From the NCBI GenBank assembly GCA_017546445.1, contig JAFYWX010000002.1, positions 23,620 through 87,619 of the forward strand: a stretch of DNA of 64,000 bases. The letters run 5' to 3'. This DNA comes from Akkermansia sp. GTDB taxonomy: Bacteria; Verrucomicrobiota; Verrucomicrobiia; Verrucomicrobiales; Akkermansiaceae. Positions 1 to 10,266 of this stretch are shown one piece after another. Below the pieces are notes generated by a model. The model saw only the letters and a program-made list of their open reading frames with translations, was not told the DNA's origin and made no database searches. Each line of letters begins with the position of its first letter. Within the stretch, counting starts at the first letter, position 1. A program made the position numbers and the translations under genes.

Positions 1-104
1 TTGAATTTATATGGATTATTGCGGTGTCTCCCGATGCCTCTATTTGCTTTGCTTCTTTCCGTTATCAGAAAATTTAAGGATAAGCACACCCACTCTCCGT
101 CCTG

Positions 105-1229
105 ATGAATCGTCCCAAAATTGCAATACTGGCTCATTTTCCTTTATCGTACCTTCAATCAGAGGGCTCGGAGCCAAAAGGGTATCACTGTGTCTGGCTA
201 ATCGTACTTCACCACCTGCTACGCTCGATTCCAGACTACGATTTCCATTGGATTGTACCTGACAAGGGCATTCGAACCGCCAGTGTTGTCGAGTTCAGTA
301 ACCAGACCTTTCATCTGCTGCCAAAGGCTCGTTCCACGGTGGGACTCTACACGGCCTATGCTTACGACCGATGGCAGATTCGAAAGGTCCTAAAAAAACT
401 GCAACCAGATTTGCTGCATGCCTGGGGGACAGAAGATTGTTATGGGCTGGCAGCCAGCTCGTTTTCCGGGAAGAAGATACTTTCCATACAAGGGCTACTT
501 GTTGCCTGCGCGCAGCGAGCCAGGCTCGCGCGTTTCGAGCGGCACCAGGGAGCGCTCTACGAGGCATATACCTTAAGGCGTTTTACTCATATTACCACAG
601 AATCGACGTGGGCGGCAGATCGCGTTCGGGAACTAAATCCTCTTGCACAGGTCAGGTGCTGGGAATATGCCATCCCTGACTCTTTTTATGAGGTGGAGCG
701 ACATCCTTCAACAGAACCCTGCTGTATTCTGGCTGGCAGCAATACTCCGGTAAAGAATGTTGCCTGTGCAATCCGCGCCTTCAGCCGGCCGGAGGTATCT
801 CATGTCAAGCTGTATATTGCAGGAATAAAGCCAGAGGATTATGCAGGGCTTCCTGACAATATTATTCCTCTCGGCTTCATTCCACACGAAGAAATGGCTC
901 AGAAGTTATCTACTTCCTGGTGCCTGGTTCATCCCAGTCTGGCAGATTCATGCCCCAACATAGTAAAAGAAGCCAGAGTGATGGGAATTCCGGCCATTGT
1001 TACGCATGACTGCGGTGCCAAGCAGTATGTGATTGACGGTAAATCCGGCTTTGTGGTAAAGCCGAATGATGACGAGGCCCTCGCCAGAGCAGTGCTCTAT
1101 GTGACGCAAAGTACCCAGAGAAGCCTGGAGATGGGAGAGTTTGACCGTGACCGCTGCCGCGATGCCATTTCTCAGACAAACATGCTTCGCGGAATCAAGG
1201 AGCTGTATACGAGCATCCTCGGAGCCTGA
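105..1229 (+). CDS. glycosyltransferase, GT-B fold (group 1 / family 4 type)
   Basis: 374-aa ORF with ATG at 105. C-terminal block PSLADSCPNIVKEARVMGIPAIVTHDCGAKQYVIDGKSGFVV resembles the group-1 GT sugar-donor region. Converges on dxr. Confidence 0.7.
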   Translation: MNRPKIAILAHFPLSYLQSEGSEPKGYHCVWLIVLHHLLRSIPDYDFHWIVPDKGIRTASVVEFSNQTFHLLPKARSTVGLYTAYAYDRWQIRKVLKKLQPDLLHAWGTEDCYGLAASSFSGKKILSIQGLLVACAQRARLARFERHQGALYEAYTLRRFTHITTESTWAADRVRELNPLAQVRCWEYAIPDSFYEVERHPSTEPCCILAGSNTPVKNVACAIRAFSRPEVSHVKLYIAGIKPEDYAGLPDNIIPLGFIPHEEMAQKLSTSWCLVHPSLADSCPNIVKEARVMGIPAIVTHDCGAKQYVIDGKSGFVVKPNDDEALARAVLYVTQSTQRSLEMGEFDRDRCRDAISQTNMLRGIKELYTSILGA

Positions 1230-1239
1230 TTCCTGCGCC

Positions 1240-2397
1240 TCACGGCAAGAGTCGCGTAGCTTCCTCCCGGGCCCAGGCATCGTCTTCGAGAATGATGGGG
1301 AGCTGGCCCTGGTAATCGCGGGGGCGGGCGTTGGAAAGCACCTTTTCCACTGTCTCCCAGATACCGGGGAATGAGAGCTTACCATCCACAAAGGCCTGCA
1401 CTGCCACCTCATTGGCCGCATTGTACATGGCGGGCATGGTGCCGCCGGTAAGGCCGGCCTGGCGTGCGAGGGTGAGCGCGGGGAAATCATCCCAGCGGGG
1501 GGCTTCAAACTTCAGGCTGGCTATCTGCGCCAGGTCAAGGTGAGGCAGAGAGTTCGGCAGGCGCTCCGGCCAAGTCACCGCATACTGAATGGGGAAACAC
1601 ATATCGCTGCTGCTCAGCTGAGCCAGGATGGAACCATCCACAAACTCCACCAGCGAATGCACGATACTCTGCGGGTGAACAATCACATCAACTCGCTCCA
1701 TGGGAATATCAAACAGCCAGCGGGCCTCAATCATCTCCAGACCTTTATTGAACATCGTAGCGCTGTCGATGGTAATTTTGCGCCCCATCTGCCAGGTGGG
1801 GTGTTTCAGGGCCTGCTCCAGCGTCACAGCTGCCAGTTGTTCACGAGGCGTGTTGCGGAAAGGGCCGCCGCTGGCTGTGAGAATCAGCCGGCTGACCTGC
1901 CCTGCACCACCGTGGTTTCCCTGCAGACACTGGTAAATGGCATTGTGCTCACTATCCACCGGCAGTACGTTGATGCCCTTGGCCTTGGCGCGGTTCATCA
2001 CCACCTCGCCGGCCATTACCAGAATCTCCTTAGAGGCAATCGCAAGGTCCTTCCCTGCCTCGATAGCCTCCAGCGTGGGTTTCAGACCATCTGTGCCGAT
2101 GATGGAGACCAGCACCATATCCGCCTCTTGCAGCGTGGCCAGCTGGCAAAGGCCTTCCAGACCGGTATACACCTGCACGCCGGCGGGAAGCAGACGCTGC
2201 AGCTCGGCCACCTTGGCACTGTCGTAGATGCACACGTGCTTCACACCGAATTCGCGGGCCTGTTCTGCAAGACTGGCAGCATTACTGTGGGCGGCAAGCG
2301 CCACCACTTCCATGCGCTCCGGTATATCGCGCGCCACTTTCAATGCGCTGGTGCCGATACTGCCGGTAGACCCGAGAATAACCACGCGTTTCTTCAT
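1240..2397 (-). CDS. dxr: 1-deoxy-D-xylulose 5-phosphate reductoisomerase
   Basis: N-terminus MKKRVVILGSTGSIGTSALKV (NADPH fold), DSEHNAI and NKGLE blocks typical of Dxr. Start trimmed from 2436 to the ATG at 2397. Confidence 0.93.
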   Translation of the reverse strand: MKKRVVILGSTGSIGTSALKVARDIPERMEVVALAAHSNAASLAEQAREFGVKHVCIYDSAKVAELQRLLPAGVQVYTGLEGLCQLATLQEADMVLVSIIGTDGLKPTLEAIEAGKDLAIASKEILVMAGEVVMNRAKAKGINVLPVDSEHNAIYQCLQGNHGGAGQVSRLILTASGGPFRNTPREQLAAVTLEQALKHPTWQMGRKITIDSATMFNKGLEMIEARWLFDIPMERVDVIVHPQSIVHSLVEFVDGSILAQLSSSDMCFPIQYAVTWPERLPNSLPHLDLAQIASLKFEAPRWDDFPALTLARQAGLTGGTMPAMYNAANEVAVQAFVDGKLSFPGIWETVEKVLSNARPRDYQGQLPIILEDDAWAREEATRLLP

Positions 2398-2491
2398 AAC
2401 AGGCGCTATTCTACTCCCACCCCGGCACAAAATCAAGCTAAATGGGGCGATTTAGCTTGCCAATTCTGCGGCTTGGGTGTACTCTCTGCAC

Positions 2492-2882
2492 GTGCCGTCC
2501 GGGTCCGGGTGGCCGCTGCGGGGCTTTATGCGCCCGTAGAGGAAAGTCCGGACATCATAAGGCAGCGTGTCCTGCGAAAGCAGGAGACACCCGGAGCCAA
2601 TGCCGGGTGGCCGGAAAGTGCCACAGAAAACAAACCGCCCGCAAGGGTAAGGGTGAAAAGGTGGGGTAAGAGCCCACCGCTCCAAAGGTAACGATGGAGG
2701 CACGGTAAACCCCGCGCGATGCAAGACAAACAGGGAAAGGGTCGCCTGCCCGCTGTATTCCCGGGTATTAGTTGCACCCTGCTATAAACGCAGGGCACGC
2801 CTGGCAACAGGCGCGAGAAAAATGGCCACACAGTCTGCTTTGCAGGTGGACAAAATCTGGCTTACAGGACCCGGACGCGCAC
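2492..2882 (+). ncRNA. rnpB: RNase P RNA, bacterial type A
   Basis: Universally conserved blocks are visible: GGAAAGTCCGGAC, GGAAAGTGCCACAGAAAACAAACCGCC, GGTAAGGGTGAAAAGGTGGGGTAAGAGCCCACC, ACGGTAAACCCC, ACAAAATCTGGCTTA. P1 pairing is GTCCGGGTCC (about 2497) with GGACCCGGAC (about 2867). Ends are approximate. Confidence 0.88.
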
Positions 2883-3458
2883 TTAATCCTGAATTGAGGG
2901 ATGTTGTGAGATATATTCCGACACCGCAGACGGAAGCCATCCTTCGGGTATGGGACGGCGCGCAGTAATCGCCTTGCGTATGGCGGAGGATGAAGCTTCG
3001 TGCAGGCCTGAGCAGATGAAGGTGCTGCGCACATGCTCGCGGGGCGTGGGGGGAGTATCGCGGTGGTACACGATGAAGTGCAGCATTTCACAGAGGTAGT
3101 CATAGCGGGCCCAGCGGTGCAGCTGTTCCCACTGGTCGGTTCCCATGAGCCAGTATAACTCTGCCCCGGGGTGCTGCTCCCGCCAGAGCTCGGCCACACG
3201 CCAGCTCCAGCTGGGTGGCGGCAGTTCTATATCCAGAGTACTCACCCGGGCCCAAGGCAAATGAGCCGTAGCCAGGTGAAGCATCTCTACACGTTGGGCG
3301 TCTGTAAAATATGTAGACTTCTCCACCTTGAACGGCGAGCAGGCCGCCGGGAGAAACACCAACTCATCCAACCCGCATTCGCGCTGCGCCGCCGCGGCAA
3401 TAGCCAGATGCCCGCTGTGCACCGGGTCAAAGGAGCCGCCGAACAGACACGTCTTCAT
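2883..3458 (-). CDS. nadD: nicotinate-nucleotide adenylyltransferase
   Basis: MKTCLFGGSFDPVHSGHL (the (T/H)xGH nucleotidyltransferase motif) and the expected ~190 aa length. Confidence 0.9.
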   Translation of the reverse strand: MKTCLFGGSFDPVHSGHLAIAAAAQRECGLDELVFLPAACSPFKVEKSTYFTDAQRVEMLHLATAHLPWARVSTLDIELPPPSWSWRVAELWREQHPGAELYWLMGTDQWEQLHRWARYDYLCEMLHFIVYHRDTPPTPREHVRSTFICSGLHEASSSAIRKAITARRPIPEGWLPSAVSEYISQHPSIQD

Positions 3459-4151
3459 TTACAGACCACTGGTGTTCTTATAAGGCAGGAAGCCGCCGAT
3501 GGGAAGCTTGACAAACTTCTTCTCCACGGGCAGACGGCGGTAATGCTTGATGAATTCGCTCAGATTGCCGTAATTGGCGGCATTTTTGGGAATACCCTGG
3601 TGGCCGCAATTCACCAGCACGTTGAAGTGCAATTCAGCATGCAGATGCGCGGTGAACATACCGTCATTCGTGCCGATGGTGCCCACCTGAGCACCACGCC
3701 CGACCAACTGACCCAAGCGCACATCAATGCGGTCCAGGTGAGAGTACAGCGACTGGCAGCAAAGTACCTTGCCGCTCTTCGGCTCGCGGAACGCATGGCG
3801 CACAATCACCACCTTACCCCAGCGGCCACGGGCATCTGCAGCATAGGTAACCAGCCCCATACCAATGGAATAGACGGGATCTCCCAGGTCAGAATTACCG
3901 CCTCCCTCGCCATTCCAGTCCTCGCCCAGATGGCGCGGGGTAGCCAGGCGCAAGCCGCGGGACTTATAGTACCCCTTCCCATCCGGCTTACCTACAGGAA
4001 AATCAAAACCATCTGCCAGCGGCACAAACGCCCACTTGCCATCCGGCGTCTTCTTCGCCATGACGATAGCATTCGCTTGCGCACCAAGGCCTGCAACAAG
4101 CAGGGTAGTCAGTAGAAACAGATAACGAAGCAAACGCAGCATGGGGCACAT
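3459..4151 (-). CDS. secreted M23 (LytM-type) metallopeptidase
   Basis: Signal peptide LLRYLFLLTTLLVAGLGAQA. HxxxD (HLGEDW) and HxH (HLHAELH) zinc-ligand motifs of peptidase M23. Abuts the nadD start. Confidence 0.8.
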   Translation of the reverse strand: MCPMLRLLRYLFLLTTLLVAGLGAQANAIVMAKKTPDGKWAFVPLADGFDFPVGKPDGKGYYKSRGLRLATPRHLGEDWNGEGGGNSDLGDPVYSIGMGLVTYAADARGRWGKVVIVRHAFREPKSGKVLCCQSLYSHLDRIDVRLGQLVGRGAQVGTIGTNDGMFTAHLHAELHFNVLVNCGHQGIPKNAANYGNLSEFIKHYRRLPVEKKFVKLPIGGFLPYKNTSGL

Positions 4152-4260
4152 GCTATCACACAGGGTGGCCGGCTGGCAAGCTCCAAAAACGGCATGTTGA
4201 CATTATTCGTATACGCACTTCCTGCTTGTGTGGCCGGGGTAACATGCTACAATAGCTGCC

Positions 4261-6087
4261 ATGAAGCTTCATCACACTCCCCTCATGGTGCTACTTGCAT
4301 GCGCATTAGTGTTGCCTGGGTGCCGTCCTCCTTCACAAGGCCATGCCAGTCCTGAGGCTGCAGAGGAATTGGCGCAGATTACGGCAATCCTGCCGGAGGT
4401 GGGAGTGGAAGAAGTGCTGGAACTTCCTGATGCTGAAGATATCTTTACCCTGGTGGCAGCATTCGGGGTAACCCCCGATGCGCGACAAGCCGCCGCTAAT
4501 TCCGGCATCACCATGCTGCATCTGGCTTGTCTGTTCAAGAAGCCGGAGCTTGCCCGCTGCCTGCTGCTAGACCACGCGGATCCCAATACTCGCAGTGTAA
4601 CGGGGGATACACCGCTGAGTCTTGCCGTTGCCATACGTGGTGTTGAGGATGAGAGGGTAACGGATGACACCATTATCGCGCTCCTTGATATCCTTCTGGC
4701 AGGAGGAGCCGATATTCATGCGGCAGCACCGAATGAGATGCCTCTGCTGAATTATGCAGGTTTAAGCAGTTACAGTGAAAAAATCTTTCTCTATCTGCTG
4801 GATAAAGGCTGCAAGCCGGATGCTGTAACCTGCCAGGCACCTGCAATGATGGGTTGGAATACGGCGCTTCAACGCGTGCTGCATATGGGAGCAGCCAAGG
4901 CGCCTGAGGAAATGGACGCACTTCTGCTCATGGCTGCAGCAAATCTGCACAAGGATACAGTGGAGCTGCTGCTCAATGCCGGGGCAGATGTCAATGCTCA
5001 GCGGATGGCCGGCACAACGCCGCTTCTGGAGGCTGCCGGACACCTGCTTTCCCCGGCGGAAGAAGAAGAAAGCGAGCGCAAGGCCGCCATCCTCGATATC
5101 TGCGCGCTGCTCATTCAGCGCGGTGCAGACCCTCAACTGGCAGAAATACGCCAGGATGGCTCACCCGCCTTCAGCGCCACAGATATTCTGACCAGGGACA
5201 GCGAAACCATAGAGGAGCTTAGAAAACGCGGCGTGGACCTTACCCCGCCGGAAATTACCTACACCAGCGGCATAGCACTGCTGGAGGCCATAGGAAAAGC
5301 CACTGTTCTGGAGCAGGTTCCCCCGGCAGGCGCGTTCGATGCCATCGCCACTGCGCTTACCCCCACAGAGGAGATGTACAAGCACCCGGGCTACCATGAT
5401 ATTCTGCCCATGGCTGTGGAACTGCTGCATGGAATTGATGCAGCCAGGGCATCACAACACGTGGCGGCTATGCTCCTCTGGACAGGCGCAGAAGCCTGGG
5501 AAAAGGGCCATGGAGACTGTGTGCTGCCCGCCATTACGAAATGCGAAAACATTGTGCTGCCCAAGCAGATTATCTGCACCACGGCCGAGCATCTTGCCAA
5601 GGCTGGTAAGGTAGACAATGCAGCCTCCGTTATCGAGCTTCTTTCCCGCTGCCCGGATGCGGAGGCGGAAATTAATCAATATTGCCAGCATGAATCCACC
5701 GCGCTTCGGGCGGGTGCGCTCGGGGCAAAGCTCCGCCGCGCAGGCCTCCCCACGCCGCGAGATGGCGATGTGCAGCTCTGGCTGGAAAACCACAATCGCA
5801 CTGCCGATTCACCTGCAATGCAGAAAGCCGTCCTGCTGACCTCGCTCTCCCGCCTGTGGTACGGCGATATGCTGCCCGGTGAGCAGGAGCAGATGCTCCG
5901 CGCCATGGAGGAAATTGGTGCCACTACAGCGGCCGTCCGCTACCGCGCCATTGTGGCAGCCATGGATGACCCCGATGAACTGGATAAGCTCACAGAGGAT
6001 AGCGATTCCTGGAAATTTGAGCTCGAAATCGCTACGGCTCAGTTTATCCTCAGGAATGCCGCGGCATTTAGAACAGCTGCCCCTTAA
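4261..6087 (+). CDS. ankyrin-repeat lipoprotein
   Basis: Signal/lipobox-like MVLLACALVLPGC. Several ankyrin units, e.g. GITMLHLACLFKKPELARCLLLDHADPNTRSVTGDTPLSLAV and LLMAAANLHKDTVELLLNAGADVNAQRMAGTTPLLEAA. Confidence 0.7.
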   Translation: MKLHHTPLMVLLACALVLPGCRPPSQGHASPEAAEELAQITAILPEVGVEEVLELPDAEDIFTLVAAFGVTPDARQAAANSGITMLHLACLFKKPELARCLLLDHADPNTRSVTGDTPLSLAVAIRGVEDERVTDDTIIALLDILLAGGADIHAAAPNEMPLLNYAGLSSYSEKIFLYLLDKGCKPDAVTCQAPAMMGWNTALQRVLHMGAAKAPEEMDALLLMAAANLHKDTVELLLNAGADVNAQRMAGTTPLLEAAGHLLSPAEEEESERKAAILDICALLIQRGADPQLAEIRQDGSPAFSATDILTRDSETIEELRKRGVDLTPPEITYTSGIALLEAIGKATVLEQVPPAGAFDAIATALTPTEEMYKHPGYHDILPMAVELLHGIDAARASQHVAAMLLWTGAEAWEKGHGDCVLPAITKCENIVLPKQIICTTAEHLAKAGKVDNAASVIELLSRCPDAEAEINQYCQHESTALRAGALGAKLRRAGLPTPRDGDVQLWLENHNRTADSPAMQKAVLLTSLSRLWYGDMLPGEQEQMLRAMEEIGATTAAVRYRAIVAAMDDPDELDKLTEDSDSWKFELEIATAQFILRNAAAFRTAAP

Positions 6088-6135
6088 ATTCCAGGTTGAC
6101 AGACGGGACGATTTGCTTTAGATTTATTAAAGCCA

Positions 6136-7422
6136 ATGAGCATCTGCCGCACAGCTTTATTTTCCTTCATCACAACGGGTCTGGCCATGAGTCAGGAGCC
6201 TGCTCCCACCTCGCAGTCACAGGAAGGTATACGGCTTCCTCAGCTGCTGGATACCCTGCACCTGCCCGATGAGGATGAGAATGGAGACACGCTGCTTATT
6301 GCCCTTGCCCGGGTAGCCAGCAGCCTTCCAGCTTCATCCCGGGGTCAACTGCTGGAGCCACTGCTTGAGGAAATGCTCCGCGAAGGGCACGACCCTCTGC
6401 ATGAGAACAAGTCCGGCTGTAATGCTGTGTTTTACCTGGCAGCCATGCCGGATTTCTACAACAAGCTCCAGGCGAACAATCTGTTGCCGCGTGAGCTGGC
6501 GTTGCGTATTCCTCACGAGGAGGGCCCCCTGCTCCGCTATATGAGATTGCGCAATAGTCAGGCCTTGCTTTCCAAATCTCCCGGGAGCCATGATTACCTG
6601 GTTCGGCGTTATTGCACGCCAGCCTTTGAACGGGCCCAGCGGTTAGTTCAGAATTACCTTGCAGCTCCCGCTCTTTCTGCCATTCCCACCGGGGCGTTGA
6701 GCGACTGCCTTACCTTCATGCATCTTGCCAGCCCACAGGCCGCAGAGGGGTTCATCAATTCTCTCACCCTATGGGAACACGGTGAGCATTTTCTAGAGGA
6801 AATTCCGGCACATCTGCTTATCACGCTGCACAGCATGGGGTGGAATGTTAACCCTGAGCTGCTGCGCAAGGCCCTCCATAAGCTTGGCACCATGCTTCCT
6901 ATCAGCAAGGATGACATGATAGAATGTGCTGCATCGGCCCCCATGTCCCGCATCCTTGAAATGCTGACTAATAGCGAAGGCCAGGGGGCCATGCCTGAAC
7001 TTCAGCAGTATGCCGAAGCCTTTGACCCGGAAATCGTACATACGGCTCTGGTGCTGCAGATGAAACTGCAGGGCTTACCTATTCCCTGGGATGCCGCGTT
7101 CCTCAGTCTCACGCACCCGGAGGCAGTGCAGATTCGCGAGACGCTCAGGGTGGATGCCACCATACGTTATGGGCATATGGATAAGCTCACCGCCCAGCAG
7201 ATTACAGATGCAGTCGCAGTATTGCGCCAGCATAACATGCCGCTTCACGCGGATATGCTGGAAGGTATTGTAGCCAGAGACGCAATCATTCTTCGCCCCG
7301 AGTTACGCCCGGCATTCCGCACCCGGTATGAAGAGCTCCGGGAAGCGGCTCCGCATGTTGCGCTTCTCCGCTACCTGATGGAACACCAGAATCTGCTTAT
7401 CACCGGGGAGGCTGCGCAATGA
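6136..7422 (+). CDS. hypothetical secreted protein, weakly ankyrin-like N-terminal region
   Basis: Signal-like N-terminus. NGDTLLIALA...GHDPLHENKSGCNAVFYLA resembles a degenerate ankyrin unit. Same strand as, and close to, the flanking genes. Confidence 0.5.
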   Translation: MSICRTALFSFITTGLAMSQEPAPTSQSQEGIRLPQLLDTLHLPDEDENGDTLLIALARVASSLPASSRGQLLEPLLEEMLREGHDPLHENKSGCNAVFYLAAMPDFYNKLQANNLLPRELALRIPHEEGPLLRYMRLRNSQALLSKSPGSHDYLVRRYCTPAFERAQRLVQNYLAAPALSAIPTGALSDCLTFMHLASPQAAEGFINSLTLWEHGEHFLEEIPAHLLITLHSMGWNVNPELLRKALHKLGTMLPISKDDMIECAASAPMSRILEMLTNSEGQGAMPELQQYAEAFDPEIVHTALVLQMKLQGLPIPWDAAFLSLTHPEAVQIRETLRVDATIRYGHMDKLTAQQITDAVAVLRQHNMPLHADMLEGIVARDAIILRPELRPAFRTRYEELREAAPHVALLRYLMEHQNLLITGEAAQ

Positions 7423-8801
7423 AGCGCGTTCCTCCTTTGTTCTGGCTGGTCATTCTGAGCCCTACCCGGGTTCATGTTATATGCGTCATTGCTGCGCTGC
7501 TGGCGTGTGTGTTCATTCTCTTTCCGGAAATAGGCCCGGCATGTACGGATGATATGCTGCAGATATATGCCGGTGGCACCCTGCTGACCGCGATGGGGGT
7601 GTCTGCACTTCTCTTTTTTATTTCTGCCGCTACTCACATGCTTCGGTTAAGTAATACCCGAGCTTTCAGTCAGTTGATAAAATGGTGTATCTGCTGGGGA
7701 TGCGGCATAGCGCTGTACGTATTGCTTGCCATTTCAGCAGACGTGCAACCACCTGATACCGAAGAGGATAAACTCGCCATTCAAAGTTCAGATCACCTCT
7801 ATGCGCCCAAGGAGCAGCTGAATGGGCCCGCCTCATTGGTTATTCCCATTGAAACAACTGCACAATCAGCAGACAAGGTGATAGACGCGCCCAACCTGAC
7901 AGCCCTGGAAAGTGAGCATGCAGAGCTTTTCCAGAATTATATTGAAAAATCACCGCGCTGGTCCGGTCAGGAAGGTGATGATACATACTACTCCAAGCCC
8001 GGGCATCTGGTGATGGTACCGCCCACAACCTCCGGCGCCCCAGGCCTGGTTCATGTCTGCTTCCGCACTCTGGTGGAAGGTGACCGACTGCCGCAGGGAT
8101 TCTCCGTTGTGCAGCCTGGTGGCAATTTTCCCGACTCTGCGGACGAGAGTAAATTTGTTTCCGATTTAGCTGTAGATCTGGGTCGGAATCACTTTCTGCT
8201 GCTGGCATGGCGCGGCAGCGCACACCGCGAGACCGCCTATAAGGCCATCAATGCGGCTATTGCCGCCATCGATGCCCGCATGCAGCCTCTGCGAGACACA
8301 CCTACAGAAGAGATGGTCGAGCGTTTGCTGAATGGCCGGGAATCCTACCCGGGCAGCACACCGGAATTCCGGCTTAGTGAACCTATTGCGCAAGAGGGCG
8401 CCTACCAGGCTGAACTATACGCAAACCCCGGCGAACCCGGCATTATTCTGGTTTATATCAAAGAACTTAAATCCAGTCGCACGCTGCGTCTCATGAGCTG
8501 CCCAGCCCGTTACTCCAACAACGACCAGGAGCTTTTCCGGCATGATTTCCCCGGCTCTATGCCAGACTGGATTCGCAGCTCTGTAGCGGGTGACGTATCG
8601 AACCTTTTCCCGGCAAATACACCGATTTTTGCCATACGCCGAGGCCCGCAGCACCAGTACTTCGGCGTTGCGTTCGAGGTATACTTCAAGCCTACGGATG
8701 TGCGTAAGCAGCAGCGCCATCTCATCCGCCGCTGCTACAAGGTTCAGGCCTATGAGCCGCCGGTGGCGGAAAGTCCGGCCGCTGACAGCCCGAAAACTTG
8801 A
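7419..8801 (+). CDS. hypothetical multi-pass membrane protein with a C-terminal soluble domain
   Basis: ATGA start/stop overlap with the upstream gene. About 3-4 hydrophobic helices in the first ~110 aa. No motif recognised in the remainder. Confidence 0.5.
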   Translation: MKRVPPLFWLVILSPTRVHVICVIAALLACVFILFPEIGPACTDDMLQIYAGGTLLTAMGVSALLFFISAATHMLRLSNTRAFSQLIKWCICWGCGIALYVLLAISADVQPPDTEEDKLAIQSSDHLYAPKEQLNGPASLVIPIETTAQSADKVIDAPNLTALESEHAELFQNYIEKSPRWSGQEGDDTYYSKPGHLVMVPPTTSGAPGLVHVCFRTLVEGDRLPQGFSVVQPGGNFPDSADESKFVSDLAVDLGRNHFLLLAWRGSAHRETAYKAINAAIAAIDARMQPLRDTPTEEMVERLLNGRESYPGSTPEFRLSEPIAQEGAYQAELYANPGEPGIILVYIKELKSSRTLRLMSCPARYSNNDQELFRHDFPGSMPDWIRSSVAGDVSNLFPANTPIFAIRRGPQHQYFGVAFEVYFKPTDVRKQQRHLIRRCYKVQAYEPPVAESPAADSPKT

Positions 8802-8835
8802 CAATACACGCATTTCCGGGCATACTTCCCGCGTT

Positions 8836-10251
8836 ATGTTACATTTACACGATACACAGACGGGGGCGGTAAAGCCAGTGCAGGCAGAAGACGGCAAGCA
8901 GCTGCGCTTCTACTGTTGCGGCCCCACTGTGTATGCCGCTGCTCATATCGGTAATTTCCGCACTTTCGTTGTACAGGACGTGTTCCGCCGTGTTGTGGAA
9001 CTGGGTGGCCTCCGTACCAAGCATGTGCGCAACCTCACCGACGTGGACGACAAGACCATCCGTAACTCTCAGGCTCAGGGTATGCCGCTGGGCGAATACA
9101 CCGCCAAGTGGACAGCCAAGTTCCATGCGGACTGCAAGGCGCTCAACTGCCTTTCCCCGCATGTGGAGCCCAGCGCCGTAGGTCACATCAAGGAGCAGCT
9201 GGATATCGTGCAGAAACTTGTAGACGGTGGTCACGCTTACCAGAGCGAGGACGGTTCCGTGTACTTCCGCATTTCTTCCTATGCTGACTACGGCAAGCTG
9301 GCTCACCTTGACCGCCAGGAGCTCGACCTGGGCAAGACGGCCAACTCCCGCGCCGATACGGACGAGTACGAGAAAGACAGCGTGGCTGACTTCGTGCTGT
9401 GGAAAGCCCGTCGCCCGGAGGACGGGCCGAACTTCTGGCCATCTCCCTGGGGGGAAGGCCGCCCCGGCTGGCACCTTGAGTGCTCTGCCATGAGCCACAA
9501 ATATCTGGGCGATACCTTTGACCTGCATTCCGGCGGCGTGGACCTGGTGTTCCCTCACCACGAGAACGAAATTGCCCAGAGCCGCTGCGCCTGCGGCGGC
9601 CACTTTGCCCGCCACTGGTTCCACGTGACCCACCTGCTGGTGGATGGGGCCAAGATGAGCAAGAGCCTGGGTAACATGTACACCCTGGACCAGCTGCAGG
9701 AGATGGGCTATACTCCCGCCGCTCTGCGCTATGTGCTGGCTGGTGCCTACTATCGCCGCCCGCTCAACTTTACCCTCACCGGTATGAAGGATGCCACCAG
9801 TGCCCTCAACAAGCTGGGTCGCTTCGACAAGGAGCTGGCCAAGGCCAGCGGTGCCAAGGAGCCCACCTACCGCGACTTCATCAAGAAAGCCCCTGCTCTG
9901 GGCGCATTCCAGCCCGCCTGGGACAGTCTGGAGGATGACCTGAACGGCCCGGAGGCCCTGGGCCACGTGTTCAGCGCCATGAAAGGCATCAAGCCTGCAG
10001 AGATGGACGCTGCCGAGGCCGAAAAGACCTGGAAAGCCTTCCGTTTCATCATGGAGGCCCTTGGCCTTCAGCTGCCGGACCCGGATGCCGATATCGAGGT
10101 GCCGGAGGACATCAAGGCCATTGCCGATGAGCGCTGGGCTGCCCGTCTGGCCAAGGACTGGGCTGCTGCAGACGCCCTGCGCGGCAAGCTGGCTGAGCTC
10201 GGCTGGGCCATGAAGGACGGCAAGGACGGCTACAAACTCACCAAAGCTTAA
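8836..10251 (+). CDS. cysS: cysteine--tRNA ligase
   Basis: CCGPTVYAAAHIGNFRTF (HIGH-type) and KMSKSLGN motifs. Start trimmed to the ATG at 8836 (MLHLHDTQTG), because the track start at 8590 overlaps the upstream gene. Confidence 0.93.
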   Translation: MLHLHDTQTGAVKPVQAEDGKQLRFYCCGPTVYAAAHIGNFRTFVVQDVFRRVVELGGLRTKHVRNLTDVDDKTIRNSQAQGMPLGEYTAKWTAKFHADCKALNCLSPHVEPSAVGHIKEQLDIVQKLVDGGHAYQSEDGSVYFRISSYADYGKLAHLDRQELDLGKTANSRADTDEYEKDSVADFVLWKARRPEDGPNFWPSPWGEGRPGWHLECSAMSHKYLGDTFDLHSGGVDLVFPHHENEIAQSRCACGGHFARHWFHVTHLLVDGAKMSKSLGNMYTLDQLQEMGYTPAALRYVLAGAYYRRPLNFTLTGMKDATSALNKLGRFDKELAKASGAKEPTYRDFIKKAPALGAFQPAWDSLEDDLNGPEALGHVFSAMKGIKPAEMDAAEAEKTWKAFRFIMEALGLQLPDPDADIEVPEDIKAIADERWAARLAKDWAAADALRGKLAELGWAMKDGKDGYKLTKA

Positions 10252-10266
10252 TTTCTGATACACACC

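Noticed and set aside
2452-2831. Several 75-143-aa ORFs on both strands between dxr and nadD.
   Set aside because: The region is occupied by RNase P RNA, whose conserved blocks are all present. The ORFs are incidental.
8590-8835. An 82-codon N-terminal extension of cysS in the ORF track.
   Set aside because: The extension overlaps the 3' end of the upstream gene (7419-8801) and is Ser/Arg-rich nonsense. The canonical CysRS N-terminus begins at the ATG at 8836.
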